A stretch of DNA of 63,251 bases, filler included, from Octopus bimaculoides (lineage: Eukaryota), in NCBI RefSeq assembly GCF_001194135.2. It is 7 parts of 6 records of this genome, joined end to end, with 100 filler letters (N's around TTAATTAATTAA, not from the genome) between each part and the next. Parts side by side here need not be neighbours in the genome. Positions count along the whole stretch, not along the records: positions 1 to 30,762 come from NC_068983.1; 6 more parts are not named here. The stretch is one strand, 5' to 3'. Each line of letters starts with the position of its first letter. Positions within the stretch are counted from its first letter, which is position 1. Under the pieces are notes generated by a model that saw nothing but the letters and a program-made list of their open reading frames with translations, was not told where the DNA came from and did no database searches. The position numbers and the translations under genes were made by a program. Shown in pieces: positions 1 through 12,303 of this stretch.

Positions 1-69
1 TATATATATATATATATATATATACATACACACATATATATATGTATGTATGTATATATTTATGTGTGT

Positions 70-300
70 GTATCATTGTGTCTATGTCCCCCCATCACTG
101 CTTGCTTGACAACTGGTGTTGGTGTGTTTATGTCCTCATAACTTAGTGGTTCAGTAAAAGAGACTAGTAGAATAAGTACTAGGCTTAAGAAGTAAGTCCT
201 GGAGTCAATTTGTTTGACTAAAAAAACCTTTCAAGGTGGTGTCCCAGCATGGCTACAGTCAAATGATTGAAACAGATAAAAGTAAAAGAAAAAGAAAAGA
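70..300 (+). mobile_element. SINE family A, 3' half, CpG-decayed
   Basis: Matches the 3' halves at 30431-30762 (-) and 39090-39300 (+): gcttgacaac...agaataagtactaggctt...ccagcatgg...cagtcaaatga, ending in an aaag tail. Confidence 0.85.
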
Positions 301-817
301 TTGTAGAAGTAAGACCAGATAAATTTTAGTTACAAAATCTTATATGGACTCGTAAGGGCCATATGAAACCCAGTTGAGAAGCATTTGGATAGAGGAGCAG
401 AAAAGTGAGTAAGTGCACAATTAAAAATAGGGATTGAGTTAACGCAGTAAATATCAGTTTGGAGGAGAAGTGTAGGAAGAAAATAGGAGTGAGTTAAGGA
501 GGGAGAGAAGGTTACAATGGACAATAGTAAGGATATGATGTGAAGTGTAGGGTGATAAGTGGTCACGTTTACAAACCTGAAGGATTAGGGAGGGATGCAT
601 GTTAGAAGATGAGTCATTGGAGAAGGCTTGACAGAACTATGATTTTGCTGAGATGGATGGGGTTGGGGTCTTTACAAGCACATAATCTGTTACTTTAGTG
701 CTTTAAAAAAATTTCTCTTTTTTTCCCCTATCTCCAGATGATTTCTCCAGCCTTATTTCTCAGTTGATATTTATATTTCTTCATCTAATTCTTGATATCT
801 CTCTTTCCACTCCCCAG

Positions 818-937
818 ATATTTAAAGTGATATTAATCCAAGATGGCAAAACTGATTCAATTGTTGGTTTTTATAATAGTGTCTACCTACCAACTATGAA
901 GACTTATATTTTACAGTTTGAACCTAACAAACAAACA
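818..937 (+). CDS. RB1: Retinoblastoma protein, exon encoding end of pocket B (IFKVILIQDGKTDSIVGFYNSVYLPTMKTYILQFEPNKQT)
   Basis: Pyrimidine tract plus CAG acceptor at 817; GTGAGT donor at 938; 120 nt, phase 0/0. Peptide resembles human RB1 [34 protein letters not shown] (recalled) better than p107/p130. Confidence 0.93.
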
Positions 938-1087
938 GTGAGTAAATTTATTTCACAGTTATTTGTTCAGTATGTATGCATGCTGTATGCATGTATTTTT
1001 GTGTATATATGTATTTGTGTACGTTTATATATATATATATTTATTTATTTATTTGTAAATTAGTAATTATGTATTATGCATTATTAG

Positions 1088-1134
<47 letters not shown>

Positions 1135-1139
1135 GTCAA

Positions 1140-1340
1140 CTCAGCTGGCAAAAATGAGTAGTACCTATACTTCAAAGGGCCATCTTTGTCACATTGTGTC
1201 ATGCTGAATCTCTCTGGGAACTACATTAAGGGTACACATGTCTGTAGAGTGCTCAGCCACTTGCACATAAATTTCCCAAGCAAGTTTTTTCCATTGATAG
1301 GATCAACTGGAACACTTGTCATAACCAACGGAGTGTCAGT
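1140..1340 (+). mobile_element. SINE-like repeat family B, 3' part
   Basis: Shares ggtacac-tgtctgtggag-tcagccactt motifs with 12385-12700. Confidence 0.55.
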
Positions 1341-1426
1341 CAGTATGTATATGTGTATATGAATATATAATGTATGTTTATATATCTGTGTGAGTGAGAG
1401 AGAGTATATATATATATATATATATA

Positions 1427-1566
1427 TAGGGTGTCCATAAATAACTTTACAATATAAAAAATTCAGAAAAAAAAAATTAAAATAACTCAGTACAGTTTAT
1501 TGGAAAATAAGTTTTATTAGAAACATCAGAACATTTCCACATGGCCTCCATTGGTTGAAAACCTGC
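1427..1566 (-). mobile_element. Tc1/mariner-superfamily transposon 3' end
   Basis: Minus-strand peptide STNGGHVEMF (typical NGGHxE transposase end); TA followed by a GGGTGTCC TIR-like end. Confidence 0.5.
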
Positions 1567-1576
1567 NNNNNNNNNN

Positions 1577-1655
<79 letters not shown>

Positions 1656-3399
1656 ATATACTTATATACATATATATGTATGTATTTAAAGAACGTGACT
1701 GAGACAGAGACATGGCTTTTTTGTGAAGTGATACAACACAAAAACACATCATGGAGTTGAACTTGTACCTCTGTTACCAGTCGTTCAATGTCTTAACCTC
1801 ACAGTCTTTGAACTACATTGTACTTTTATCTTGTGCATTCACCGCCTGCCTGAACAGTGGGGTGGGTGGGTTTACTCAGAATCGGAGTCTCACTTGCATT
1901 CTATGAAGCTTGCTTGCTGCATTATCTCTTTCATCTTTGTGTTTGTTTGAAAGATGGCGTTTTTTTTTTCAAATCGTGGAAGTAATTCAGTTTTAATGGG
2001 GGCTGCCAACAGGATTTAACTGTGATGATGTGTCTTGATTCAGTTAAACTAAAAAGGTAAGAGATATAATCGTGAAACCTCATGCGTCGGTATGGTGACT
2101 TTAACACAACATGTCTGGTAATTCTTCCCATTGTGCCTCAATTTAGTATCTTCAGTAAGTATATAGCGTGTGTGTGTGTGTGTGTGCAGAATTGCTGAAT
2201 GGTATGAAATTTTTCTTTGCAATCACAAGGTTCTGAGTGTGAGTTAAGTATCTTCTCTAAGTAAATAGTTTGTCTGTATGTGCATGTATTATCTGTAGTG
2301 TGCATAAGGTGGAGAGCTGGTAGAATCATTAGCGTGCTTGGCAAGATGCTGAGCGGTATTTCATCTGCCTTTACATACTGAGTTCAAATTCCGCTTACCT
2401 TTCATGGTTGTATGCCATACATATTAATTTGCGCAAGTATATACTTATATATGTACATACATACATACACACAAGAAAATAGGCTTCTCAAAACCAGAAA
2501 GGAAAAAGCTAATTCGAAGGCCATAGATCCAATCTTTCACTGGAACTGTAAGAATCTGTTAACTTTTCAGAAGTTTGTCATTTAAGTATATATGAGCATG
2601 TCGATATGCAACTATATGCATGAGAATATATACATAAAACAAAACATACGAATCTGCACATATACATACATACAAAAATACCCTGTTGTTGATGTTGAAA
2701 TTCCAATGAAGGAGCCTTGGATCTAGGTTAGAAACCAACTCTTTTACTATTAGCAAGAAATCTTGAAATAAAACTGAATAATGACATACGTACTTACTTA
2801 CTTGTGTGTGTGTTTCATCACCCTCATTATCATATTTCACATGCAATTTCCATACTGGCATGGGTTAGACAGTTTGTCATAGACCAAGTCAGTTATTGCC
2901 TTTCCACACAGGTCAGTCAATCACTTCTATACATTCCCTGTATATGTGTATATAAGATGAAAGTGTAGGATAGTTGGTTGAGTAGGGGAATTACAAGTAT
3001 GATTTTATAAAATTATTTTTGAAGTTAAGAACATAGTAATGAATAAGAGGTGAAAATTGTTTTTTGCATGGTCTATTTATATGTCTGTGTCTGAATGTAG
3101 ATGTCATTTTTGTATTTATGTCATTGAAATTTTAATCTTAATGTATGCATGTTCTTGTTTGTGACTGTTAGAGAGAGAGAGAAAGTGTGTACACGTGTAT
3201 GCATGCATTCATGTGTGTCTGTGCAATATACTTATTTGTGCAGAATTTTTTGGAAAATATATGAGAAAGTTAATATAGAAAATTAGATGATTCAAGTTTA
3301 AAGTTTCTCAAAATATGTATTTTATTAATTCTGTTAAATATATACTTTGAATTTATTTGTTTGTGGGTTTATTTCTTCTAGGTATATGTTCTTGTGTCT

Positions 3400-3500
3400 G
3401 CATCATGAGATTGACTTTTACCTCTTCTATGCATGTCTTCCTTGGACTTCTTCTGTAGTTCCTTTCCTCTTGAGATAGTCTGTCTCTTCCTTTACTTAAC
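3400..3500 (-). mobile_element. Very old RTE-like LINE C-terminal relic
   Basis: Minus frame RRSPRKTCIEEVKVNL resembles the RTE RGRPRKTW..VV..DL motif. Confidence 0.35.
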
Positions 3501-5744
3501 TGCCATTATCCTTACAAAATACATATCTATACTTGCACTACTGTGTCTCTTGCATGTTGTTTTTGATTCCTCTTTGTTGTAAACCAATTCAAAAGAAAAG
3601 TTTTATTTAAACTTTGTTCAGCCCACTGTCTGATCTATTAATTTTAGCTGCCCAACGATTAAGACACATTGTTTTATGTTAGGTAAAGATAGCATCCGCC
3701 CTTCAGTGTCATTCAACACTGTCCACACTTTCATACTCATACAAAATATGATTTCTATATTTTTGTCTACTATTTACTATTGTAGAAAGGAATTAATCAT
3801 AGAATATTATAGTCACGATGCATTTAAAACGTATGGTCTTTTAGATAGGAAGGGGTCTTGATAATTCATCCTGGCCTCAGTTTTATGGTTTGAGCAAATT
3901 TGCTTTGGTATTTTGTTTCAACCACAGATCTTATCTGTGACCACTTTAAGTTATCTCATTGAAACTAACAGTTGTTTTCTATGTTTTGAATCTCTACTGC
4001 TGCCTTCTCATCATGTGCCACCTAAAACATCAGAAGGATGTTTTAATTTTAATATTTTCCTTCTCCAGATTGTCTTATTTTAGTCTAACTGTTTGTTATT
4101 CTGATGTCACCAATCACTCGTCTATGTTGAATGATATATTTTTCTGTATGTTGAGTAGTACAGCTTTCTGACTATCCTGCTCCCTGATGAATATGCACTC
4201 TGTTAACCTTATGTATTTATTTGTTTAGTAGGTAATCAGGTAACCGATCAGTCTATTTTAGTGTTGCAGATAGTTCATTTGCAACACAAACTTTTAGAAG
4301 CCTTCGTTTCTCCTTATGTACTCTTGAGTAACCATCATGATACTTCCCAACATATCTATTTTAGTAACTGCTCCTGAGATGATCGCAAAAATGGTCTTTT
4401 TGGTCATCAGTTAGTTTTGATTGTGGTGCATCAGCAGAGATAACAGCTGCAGTTGCATTGTCTATGATTAGTCCAAGCATCATTATTCTGTTGCTTATTT
4501 TTAGTACATTAATTAATTTTTCTATCCATTTCTCCATCAACAGTATGCTTACTCAAGCATCAACAATATTATTACTTAGAAGAATGTGTACTTATGTTCT
4601 CTGCCTGTGAGGTATCTTGTTGAGTCTCCTCTCCATTCAACTCTTGTGCAAAGTACATACGAACACATCTCTCCTCTCTTGCATCACTAATTTTTATAGA
4701 TCTATTTTTCATTATACAACATTGATAATTATAAAATTAATTTTTTTCTTTTTTACTTCACTAAGCGAGGAGGATATCCTGTGGTATGTAGGTTATTTGA
4801 ACTCTACACCTTAAAGGAAGTTTGCTATTACTCACTGACAATCAAGGGGTTCTCACATATACTCAGATAGGTCCAATTGACCAACCCATTACATAGTCCA
4901 ATATATGCAATTAGGGAATTTCATTATATTTGTATTTACTGTGATTTTGGCATGGTTTTACTCATTGGTTACTTATCACAATGCCAATCACTTTACAACA
5001 TAAACAGGTGTGTTTTATTCTACCATTTGTACAAGTGATGTTATCTGTTTGGACTAAAGTGTCACCTTACTGAGTTACTGTTCTCCTGGACAGGTTTATA
5101 GTCTCTTCTATGCAAGTAGTTGTTTGGAGTTATACTTCTCCTTGTGGCTTGCTGAGAGCATATCTTCCTGCTGTAGGTTTCCATCCTTGCTTACAATGCT
5201 AACGGTTTGTTATAGGTCACAGTAGGTAGAAACTGAAAGTTGGAGTGAAGGAGGTGAGGAACTAATAAAGGGAAGGAGTGAAAGAGGTAGGGAGAGGTGA
5301 GAAGATAGATAGATTGTATATATAAATAGAGAGAGGGGGGCATATGAGCAAGAAAGTGTGTAAGAGAGAAGAGAAATGAACATGGGAAGAGAGATGGGAT
5401 GAAGGAGAGTTTTGCCCCAGTTTGTTTCTTCTGTGGCAGTCTTGACCTCATTTACACTATGCAGCAGGTCATGGTCTTTGAAGAGAGGCTTCTGAGGTAT
5501 TTACTGCAATGCTTCCTAGCTGACAGTGGATGGCCACTTTAGGAGTTAGGTGAAGTGTTCCTGGCACCTTGCCCTGAATCCTTCTTTGTCTTTGATGATG
5601 GTTGTGCCATTCGTGGATGTCAGGGTGTGGCTGTTCCACTTCTGGAAGGGTCATACATGGCCTTGATGGTACTGTACAGCACCTTGGACTTGTTGGTGTT
5701 GGCATAGAGCTGCTCTTCTTCAACTTCCTGCTTCCACCATCTGC

Positions 5745-5916
5745 TTGCATGCTATGAAGCTCTTTCTGGGCTCTGGTTTGACAGTCCCTGTATCTGTCAT
5801 GCTGTGAGGGGTAGTTTGGGTGGTTTTGCCTGTCAGTGTAGGCCTGTCTCTTATCATCCAACAGTGCCAGTACAACCTTGTCATTGTCATCAAACCAGTC
5901 CTGATGAAGTTTTTCC

Positions 5917-5918
<2 letters not shown>
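5745..5918 (-). mobile_element. RTE-BovB-like LINE ORF fragment
   Basis: KLHQDWFDDNDKVVLALLDDKRQAY...RAQKELHSMQ matches the RTE-BovB HQDWFDEND...IQ.LL..K motif. Confidence 0.7.
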
Positions 5919-5953
<35 letters not shown>

Positions 5954-6079
5954 GTGGACCCTCCTATCCACCATATGTGTGTGTAAAACGTTTAAAAAAA
6001 TAAATACAAAACCTGTTACATAAAGTGTTTTTTTTTCATAGTTCTAATATTAATTTGAATATGTTGTCTTACTTTTCAG

Positions 6080-6135
6080 ACTCCACCTCTCTCTTCTACA
6101 CCTAAGTCATGTGTAACCTCTTCACCAGTTTTCAG
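6080..6135 (+). CDS. RB1: RB exon, start of C-terminal domain (TPPLSSTPKSCVTSSPVF-S)
   Basis: TTTTCAG acceptor, GTAAAT donor; 56 nt, phase 0/2; S/T-P sites similar to RB1 PPTLSP...SSP. Confidence 0.85.
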
Positions 6136-6149
6136 GTAAATACTATGCA

Positions 6150-6194
<45 letters not shown>

Positions 6195-6276
6195 TTGTTA
6201 TACTTGGGCATGGTCATATTTTGCCAGTTAAGCACAAGCACTGCATGTTTGATCTTTATTTCAGCTTTATTATTAT

Positions 6277-6833
6277 TGAGTGAGAGAGCAGTGCATGCCA
6301 TCAAAGTGACACTGGGGTAAAATATACGAAGCCCATTATACCCATCATGACTACCCGTCTGATAAGGGTACACCAAGCACATGCATCACAACCATATGTG
6401 CACGACATGGTGATCTCATATCAAGATGAACAGTGCATGACCTCGCAGGTGGGGCCCAGTTAGAATTTTCTTCAGGTCGAGTAGCCCATTCCGCTCAAAA
6501 GGTCCCTGAATAAGGTTTGTTTAAGGATGTTGAGCAAAACACCCATGTTTCCAAAGGTGAATTATTCAAACCCCAAAGACTTCCTCTCAACACATGGCTA
6601 TGATGCTTCCCCACTACTTCTGCTCATGATCAGATATGCACATATTGTCAGCCACCAAGGGACATGCTCAACTGGTTAACCTCAAGCAACTGATAAGCAA
6701 ATCTGTGGTATTAAGCAGAATATTTGCTGTAGTCCATCTTTTTATACCAAGACAAAACAATGTACATGATAACACTTCCAATCAGTTAAGATCAGAAGCC
6801 ATGAGAGCCACTGCCTGGTACTGCATCAGGGCA
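6277..6833 (-). mobile_element. About 560-bp SINE-like repeat family D with (TAA)n tail
   Basis: Second partial copy at 46428-46540 (gagagagcagtgcatgccatcaaagtgacactggggtaaaatata); the TTA run at the left end is the tail in minus orientation. Confidence 0.7.
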
Positions 6834-7457
6834 TTCAGAAGCCATGAGAGCCGTATTCTGTGACCTCTTGTTTCACTTAGTCCATTTTGTCTTTCTCTGA
6901 ACTAAGGTGAATAAAAGGAGACACGTAGGATAAAGAGTCTTTGAAGCGGTCATAGGATGTGTGAGGAAAAATCATTGACAAAGAAACAAAAATAATAATA
7001 ATAAAGCATAAGTAAAGCTCAAACATATAGTGCTTGTGTTTAACTGGCAAAAAATGACCATCCCCAAGTATAACAATATCTGTTTCAACACATAATTTCA
7101 CATCAAGAATCTTGCAAAACAAATACATATACTTATCCTAATACCTTCTAATGAGCTCTACACAAAAATGTTACTGGAGAAAATGATAGACCTTATAAGG
7201 CACATAAGATGTAAGGTTTTTGTCTATGATCAAAGCACACCACCCTCTGAGGCCAATACATACAGTATCAAGTCTCGGAAGTTCCCACCTAGAATCAAGG
7301 AACTCAAGGCCTTTAAAGCAGACCTACTGTGCATAATACCCAGGTTGAAATTCCGTAAATCCTTTTCCCCTTTTCAAAGCAAACTTCATGAAGATATACA
7401 AAAAATAAGAAACTTTAACAGGTCCTTAATCTTCTCGGATAAGACTAAGAGCTTATA

Positions 7458-7605
7458 CATCATCATCATCATCATCGTTTAACGTCCGCTTTCCATGCTA
7501 GCATGGGTTGGACAACTTGACTGAGGACTGGTGAAACCGGATGGCAACACCAGGCTCCAATCTAAATTTGGCAGAGTTTCTACAGCTGGATCCCTTCCTA
7601 ACGCC
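7458..7605 (-). mobile_element. RTE 3'-tail element with (GAT)n tail, nested in the PLE
   Basis: Nearly identical to the 3' UTR of the RTE LINE at 20470-20616. Confidence 0.85.
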
Positions 7606-9835
7606 GATAGATACATATGCTTACGATAGGCTTTTAAATGATTCAGTCACACAAAAATACAGATATGCTTCCCAACACACTTACAATAACATTAACTGTG
7701 AGGCTAAACAGATAGCAGTTGACCTTGGTATAGCAGACAGAGTAAAGATCTTGGCCAAGAGAAATGCCTTTATAACTTTGAAAGACCACAAGCAAAAGTT
7801 TGCCTCTAACTCCAAATGCCGCTTGTTCAACCCAGCCAAGTCCAAGATCGATCAGGTGAGTAAGTATATACTGAGGAAATTAATGACAACATAAGAAGAT
7901 ACATGAGCCTCCCTCTATGGCACAGCACCTATGAGGTAACCTCATGGTTTATTGCCAACTAGGACAGAGGCAGGGCTAGATTTACATAGTTCGACATTGT
8001 CGACCTTTATCCATCTATTTCTAAAGAGTTATTGTTGAAAGCACTTTCCTTTGCCAAGGGCTTAACAGATGTTAGTGATAGTGATGTTAGAGTTATCATG
8101 CATGCCAGGAAGACGGTGCTGTTCAGCAAAGATTCGACTTGGGTCAAGCAATCTAACCCCAAGGACTCCTTTGATATAGCTATGGGAGCATATGACAGTG
8201 CCAATGTCTGTGATCTTATCAGACTGTACATCCTGGACATCTTAAAGAAGAGGTTTCCTTTGGTCCTCTTCAACTTCTACAGAGATGATGCCCTAGCCAT
8301 CTCTAGAGGAGCCAACAGCTAATTAGCACCTCAGGCTCAAAGGGTCTCAAGATCACCATTGAGATTAATCTCACTACAGTAGACTTCTTAAATGTTACTT
8401 TAGATCTGGGCTCTGGTACATACAGGCCCTATCACAAGCCAACTGAGAGACTGTCTTATATTATTAGCTCAGCCTCCTGCCACCCTCCTATAGTTTTCAA
8501 GAACCTAGTGAAAGGTGTAAGCAAGAGGATCTCAAATTTATCCTCGAGCCAAGATATCTTCGACGCCACTGCCTCCTACTACAATGAGGTACTGGTATTG
8601 AGTGGGTTTAAGACTGCATCTCTTACATGCCTGGCCCTAGCACCCGGACAAGGAAGTGCCGCAGAAATGTCGTTTGGTTTGGTCCACCCTTCTCGCTCAA
8701 CGTCAAGGCTTGTGTGGGAAAGATTTTCCTTAGATTGATGGACAAACGTTTCACACACACATAGATACAAGCATTTATTTAACAAGCACAACCTAAGAGT
8801 CTCCTTTAGTTGTGCACCTAACATAAAAAACATTTTAACAAGTACCCACAATACAAAGGAGGCAGGTTGCTCTTGTAAGGTATATAATAACTGTTCAGTA
8901 GGAGTCTGATGTAAGGGTGAAGGGGTCATTTATGATGCTACGGTGATACCTAGACTTGCTATCCGCATTAACAGTAATGTACCATCCAACAACAATATGA
9001 ATAGACTAACCAGATCTCATGCCAGTACGATTGCCACGCCCAGAGATAATAACCAGTCTGGGACCAGCATCATAGAGGGCATCACCAACAACCCCGGTAC
9101 CACCACCACAGATAATGAACAAACCATAGACACAGAATGACCAGGCTTGCAACATATGTTACCACTAGTACAATCGCCACACCTAGAGATGATGACCAAT
9201 CCAGGATAAGTGAGATGGAGGGAATATCCGGCATTTCCAGTACCACCACTACAGATGATGACCAAATAATTATCTTTGATACTGATGGGATGACTGGCCC
9301 TGCACCATATGTTACCAGGGGTGCCAATATGGCCTCATTCCATGCTTGTAAATTTATTGGATCTGTCAGTACTTCTTTCAGATGATATTTTCTTAACCTT
9401 CAGTTATCCTTCAGAGTCCTAGAAAGACAGTTTGTTACATCCCTGGCCCGCCATGTGTAGCACCTCAAAGATCAAGGGAACCTGTGTGATATCAGGTGGA
9501 AAATAATTATCATCCAGGCCCATATATTAATGGAAGTGGCCATTGCAAGATCTGTATTGTGGAGAGAGCCAAAATTCTTAAGGACTATATGAAACCATGT
9601 GCATTAAATAGTCTTAAAATGTGTTTTCTTAATGTGTCCACTTCAAGTGTTACCTACTGGAAAATTGGATCACCCAGTTTGCTGGTTAGGCCTTTTTGGG
9701 GTCTATAAGGGTTGTTTTATCCTCTGGTTCAGAGGAGACAACCCGTCCCCATTAACATTTTTTGTTAAGATGTATTTCTCGATTTCTGAGTGCTTCCTCA
9801 TGTCTGCGACGTAGAAATTAAAAATTTTTGTCTTT

Positions 9836-9900
9836 ATATAGTTTGATGAGCTGTCCACAAGACTTTAGCTTTGTGGATACAAAATCTTAGGTAACTCTAT
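9836..9900 (+). ncRNA. Decayed type I hammerhead ribozyme in PLE 3' region
   Basis: ATATAGT-TTGATGA-stem II (GTCCACAA/TTGTGGAT)-AAAA...GTA-ACTCTAT. The core has mutations (C3 to T; GAAA to AAAA). Confidence 0.45.
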
Positions 9901-10064
9901 GTCCTAGATATAAAATTTTTTGTTGTAACAATTACTGTTCTATTCTTTAGAGTGTGCTTCTTTTCTGATATATGTTTTATTAATTAACNNNNNNNNNNTA
10001 TATATATATATAGAATCCGTCAACAACAGTGTAAGAGGGTAAAGACACCTTTCGGTCATGAATG

Positions 10065-10362
10065 ACTATGAGATTGCACCTAGAAAATTATTCTCTGAGG
10101 CACAAGTTCGGACAAGGTTGTTTTTTGTGGCAGGCCAGCAATCGCCCATGCATACTGGTTTCTCCTTTCCATGCCACCAATGTTATCCAAGGGAAAGGCA
10201 AAGGCCAATACTGCTTGGCACTAGTGATGTTGCAACTCATTTCTACAGCTGAATGAAGTGGAGCTTGCTCAAGAACACAACATACAGCCCAGTCCAGAAA
10301 TCAAACTCACTACCTCATGATTGTGAGCCCAATGCTCTAACCACTGAGCTGTGAGCCTTCAC
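10065..10362 (-). mobile_element. tRNA-derived SINE family E
   Basis: Minus-strand head GCTCAGTGGTTAGAGC (box A-like), followed by gttgtgttcttgagcaag and cagctgtagaaatgagt central motifs. Confidence 0.7.
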
Positions 10363-10577
10363 ATGGGCAGTGTATTTCATTAAAATTATGTCATGAAAGA
10401 ATTAAGTCTTCTTGTATTACCAGTTTAAATCTGTTAATATTGCTAAATCCATTTTCCATCAACTTTTCTTTTAATCTTAACCTTCACAACCTCATTTTGC
10501 TTGCTAACAAGATTAACAATTATGTGAAAGTTTTATTTGTTTTGGTTTTAACAATGTTCCTTTATTTTCAATACCAG

Positions 10578-10692
10578 TGTTGCAGGCAAGAAGAACTTTC
10601 ATGTGTCATATGCTAAAAGTCCACTGTTCAAGACACAAGGTCAACTTACTCCAAGGACAGATCAGTTGTACTGCTTTGTAGAAGGAGTTGGG
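10578..10692 (+). CDS. RB1: RB exon (VAGKKNFHVSYAKSPLFKTQGQLTPRTDQLYCFVEGVG)
   Basis: CCAG acceptor, GTAAGC donor; 115 nt, phase 2/0. LTPRTDQLYCFVEGVG aligns to RB1 MTPRSRILVSIGESFG. Confidence 0.9.
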
Positions 10693-11044
10693 GTAAGCTT
10701 CACATGTTTTCTATCTACTCATCTCAACTTCTTCATTGTAACAGCCTTTTCAGATTTTCTTTTTGTAATAATTACAATTAATCTCAATTTCTCTAATGAT
10801 ATAATTGTATTCTATTTCTTTTTGTTTATATATATATTAAAAAAAAAATTATATTGCATTTTATGAATAATTGCATGTTTTCTCCAACCAATGGGCCAAT
10901 CTCTGGTTTGCTGAATTTACAATGGCAAGGATGACAGACTGGGTAGAACAAATACCATACAGAATTTTAGTTTGAAAACATTAATTTATGAAACTTTTTT
11001 GCTGGTTTACATTGGTAAAAGTATGCACAAATACATGCACATGT

Positions 11045-11200
11045 GTGTTGTGTGGTTAAAAAGCTTGCTTTCCAACCATGTTGTCTTAGATTCAGCCCCA
11101 GTGTATGGCATCTTAGGCAGGTATCTTCTACTATAATCCCAGACCAATGAAAGCCTTGTGAGTGGATTTGGGAGACAGAAACTGAAAGAAGCTTGTTATG
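11045..11200 (+). mobile_element. SINE family A, 5' half
   Basis: tgtggttaaaaagcttgctttccaacc...gtgagtggatttgg..gaaactgaaagaagc. Confidence 0.8.
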
Positions 11201-11459
11201 TATGTATGTGTGTGCGCACACACCTGTGTATGTGATTCAACATGCCTTTGTCATTCTTGCCTCTAGAATTGCAATGAAACAGTGATTGGTGTGTTGGAAA
11301 CCTGTAACAAAAGACATTTGTTGATAATAAAATGTGATATAAAGTAAAAATACAAAATATCAAACTATGTTTTATCTTTCATTCATTTTACTATATTCTA
11401 TATTGCTCTTATACTCTGTTCTGTTTCTCTCTTCTCATGCTGTGTTTTTTTCCATGCTA

Positions 11460-11570
11460 TATTCTATTTCTCTCTTCCCATGCTATATTCTATTTCTCTC
11501 TTCCCATGCTATATTCTATTCCTCTCCCACCATACTATGTTATATTTCTCTCCCACTATACTATATTTTA
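11460..11570 (+). repeat. 26-bp minisatellite, 3-4 copies
   Basis: tatttctctcttcccatgctatattc repeated in tandem. Confidence 0.7.
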
Positions 11571-12160
11571 TTTCTCTATCATTCATTTAATGTGTTGCCT
11601 CTTCCTCTTCGTACTATGTTGTGTTTCTTTCTTACCCTTCTAAATTGTATTTCTCTTCTACCATTCTATGCCCTGTTCCTCTTCTTTCACTGTATATTTT
11701 GTTTGTCCTTTACTTTACTATATCCTGATTACCCCACCTCTTCATACTATCATGTGATTCCCACATTCTCCTGTAATGAAATAAAAGGCTTAATTTATTC
11801 ATTTATTTTTCATTCTAAATTTACTATGGATATTTCAGTTCTGATATTGCTGACAAAAGAATAATCATATGATACAACCAATTCTATTTAGGCTAAAATG
11901 AGCATGAGAAATTCTCTTACTTTACATCATGACTTTTTATTTTTCTATATAGTTTTTGGTAGTTATACTAGAGCTGAGGTTCAGACCTGTAGCTTTCATT
12001 ATGACCCTCAAAGATATATAAATATATTTATATCAAATTACTGTTCTTTGGGCCTCCAAATTCATGTTGTAGCCTCTTTGCTTTCTGTATTTTATTAATC
12101 ATTTTGTCACTTTCAAAGCAAACAACATAAGTAATAAAATTGCTTTTATTTACCTGCCAG

Positions 12161-12303
12161 TCTGCTGAGAAATTACGTAACATCAATGATACCATTGCTC
12201 AAAGCCGAGCTCAGAAACGTCTTCAGTTTGACAACTTAGACAATGACTCCACTAGGAACACAGCTAAAAGGCCGCGTGATGGGATGGATGCTTCTGCCAA
12301 CAG
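12161..12303 (+). CDS. RB1: RB exon (SAEKLRNINDTIAQSRAQKRLQFDNLDNDSTRNTAKRPRDGMDASAN-R)
   Basis: CCAG acceptor, GTAGGA donor; 143 nt, phase 0/2. SAEKLRNIN aligns to RB1 TSEKFQKIN; KRLQFD resembles RB1 KKLRFD. Confidence 0.9.

Larger units (their letters stand above)
7140..9900 (+). mobile_element. Decayed Penelope-like element: reverse transcriptase plus GIY-YIG endonuclease
   Basis: Peptides FSDKT, AFITLKDHK..CRLFNPAKS, FDIVDLYPSI, FDIAMG, YRDDAL, KRISNLSS, GVIYDATV and KFIG occur in order with stops and frameshifts. Interrupted by an RTE-tail insertion at 7458-7605. Confidence 0.9.

Noticed and set aside
6725-6833. Faint resemblance of the family D end to U2 snRNA (TTTT..C.AAGA, ATCAGTT.A.AT..GA, CCTGGTA.TGCA)
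   Set aside because: It needs many gaps, lacks the branch-pairing GTGTAGTA and the Sm site, and lies in a repeat. An Infernal RF00004 search would settle it.
8943-9385. Repeat-spacer-like pattern suggesting a CRISPR or mucin gene
   Set aside because: Only two long diverged units inside a Penelope endonuclease frame; eukaryotic context and no splice or signal features.
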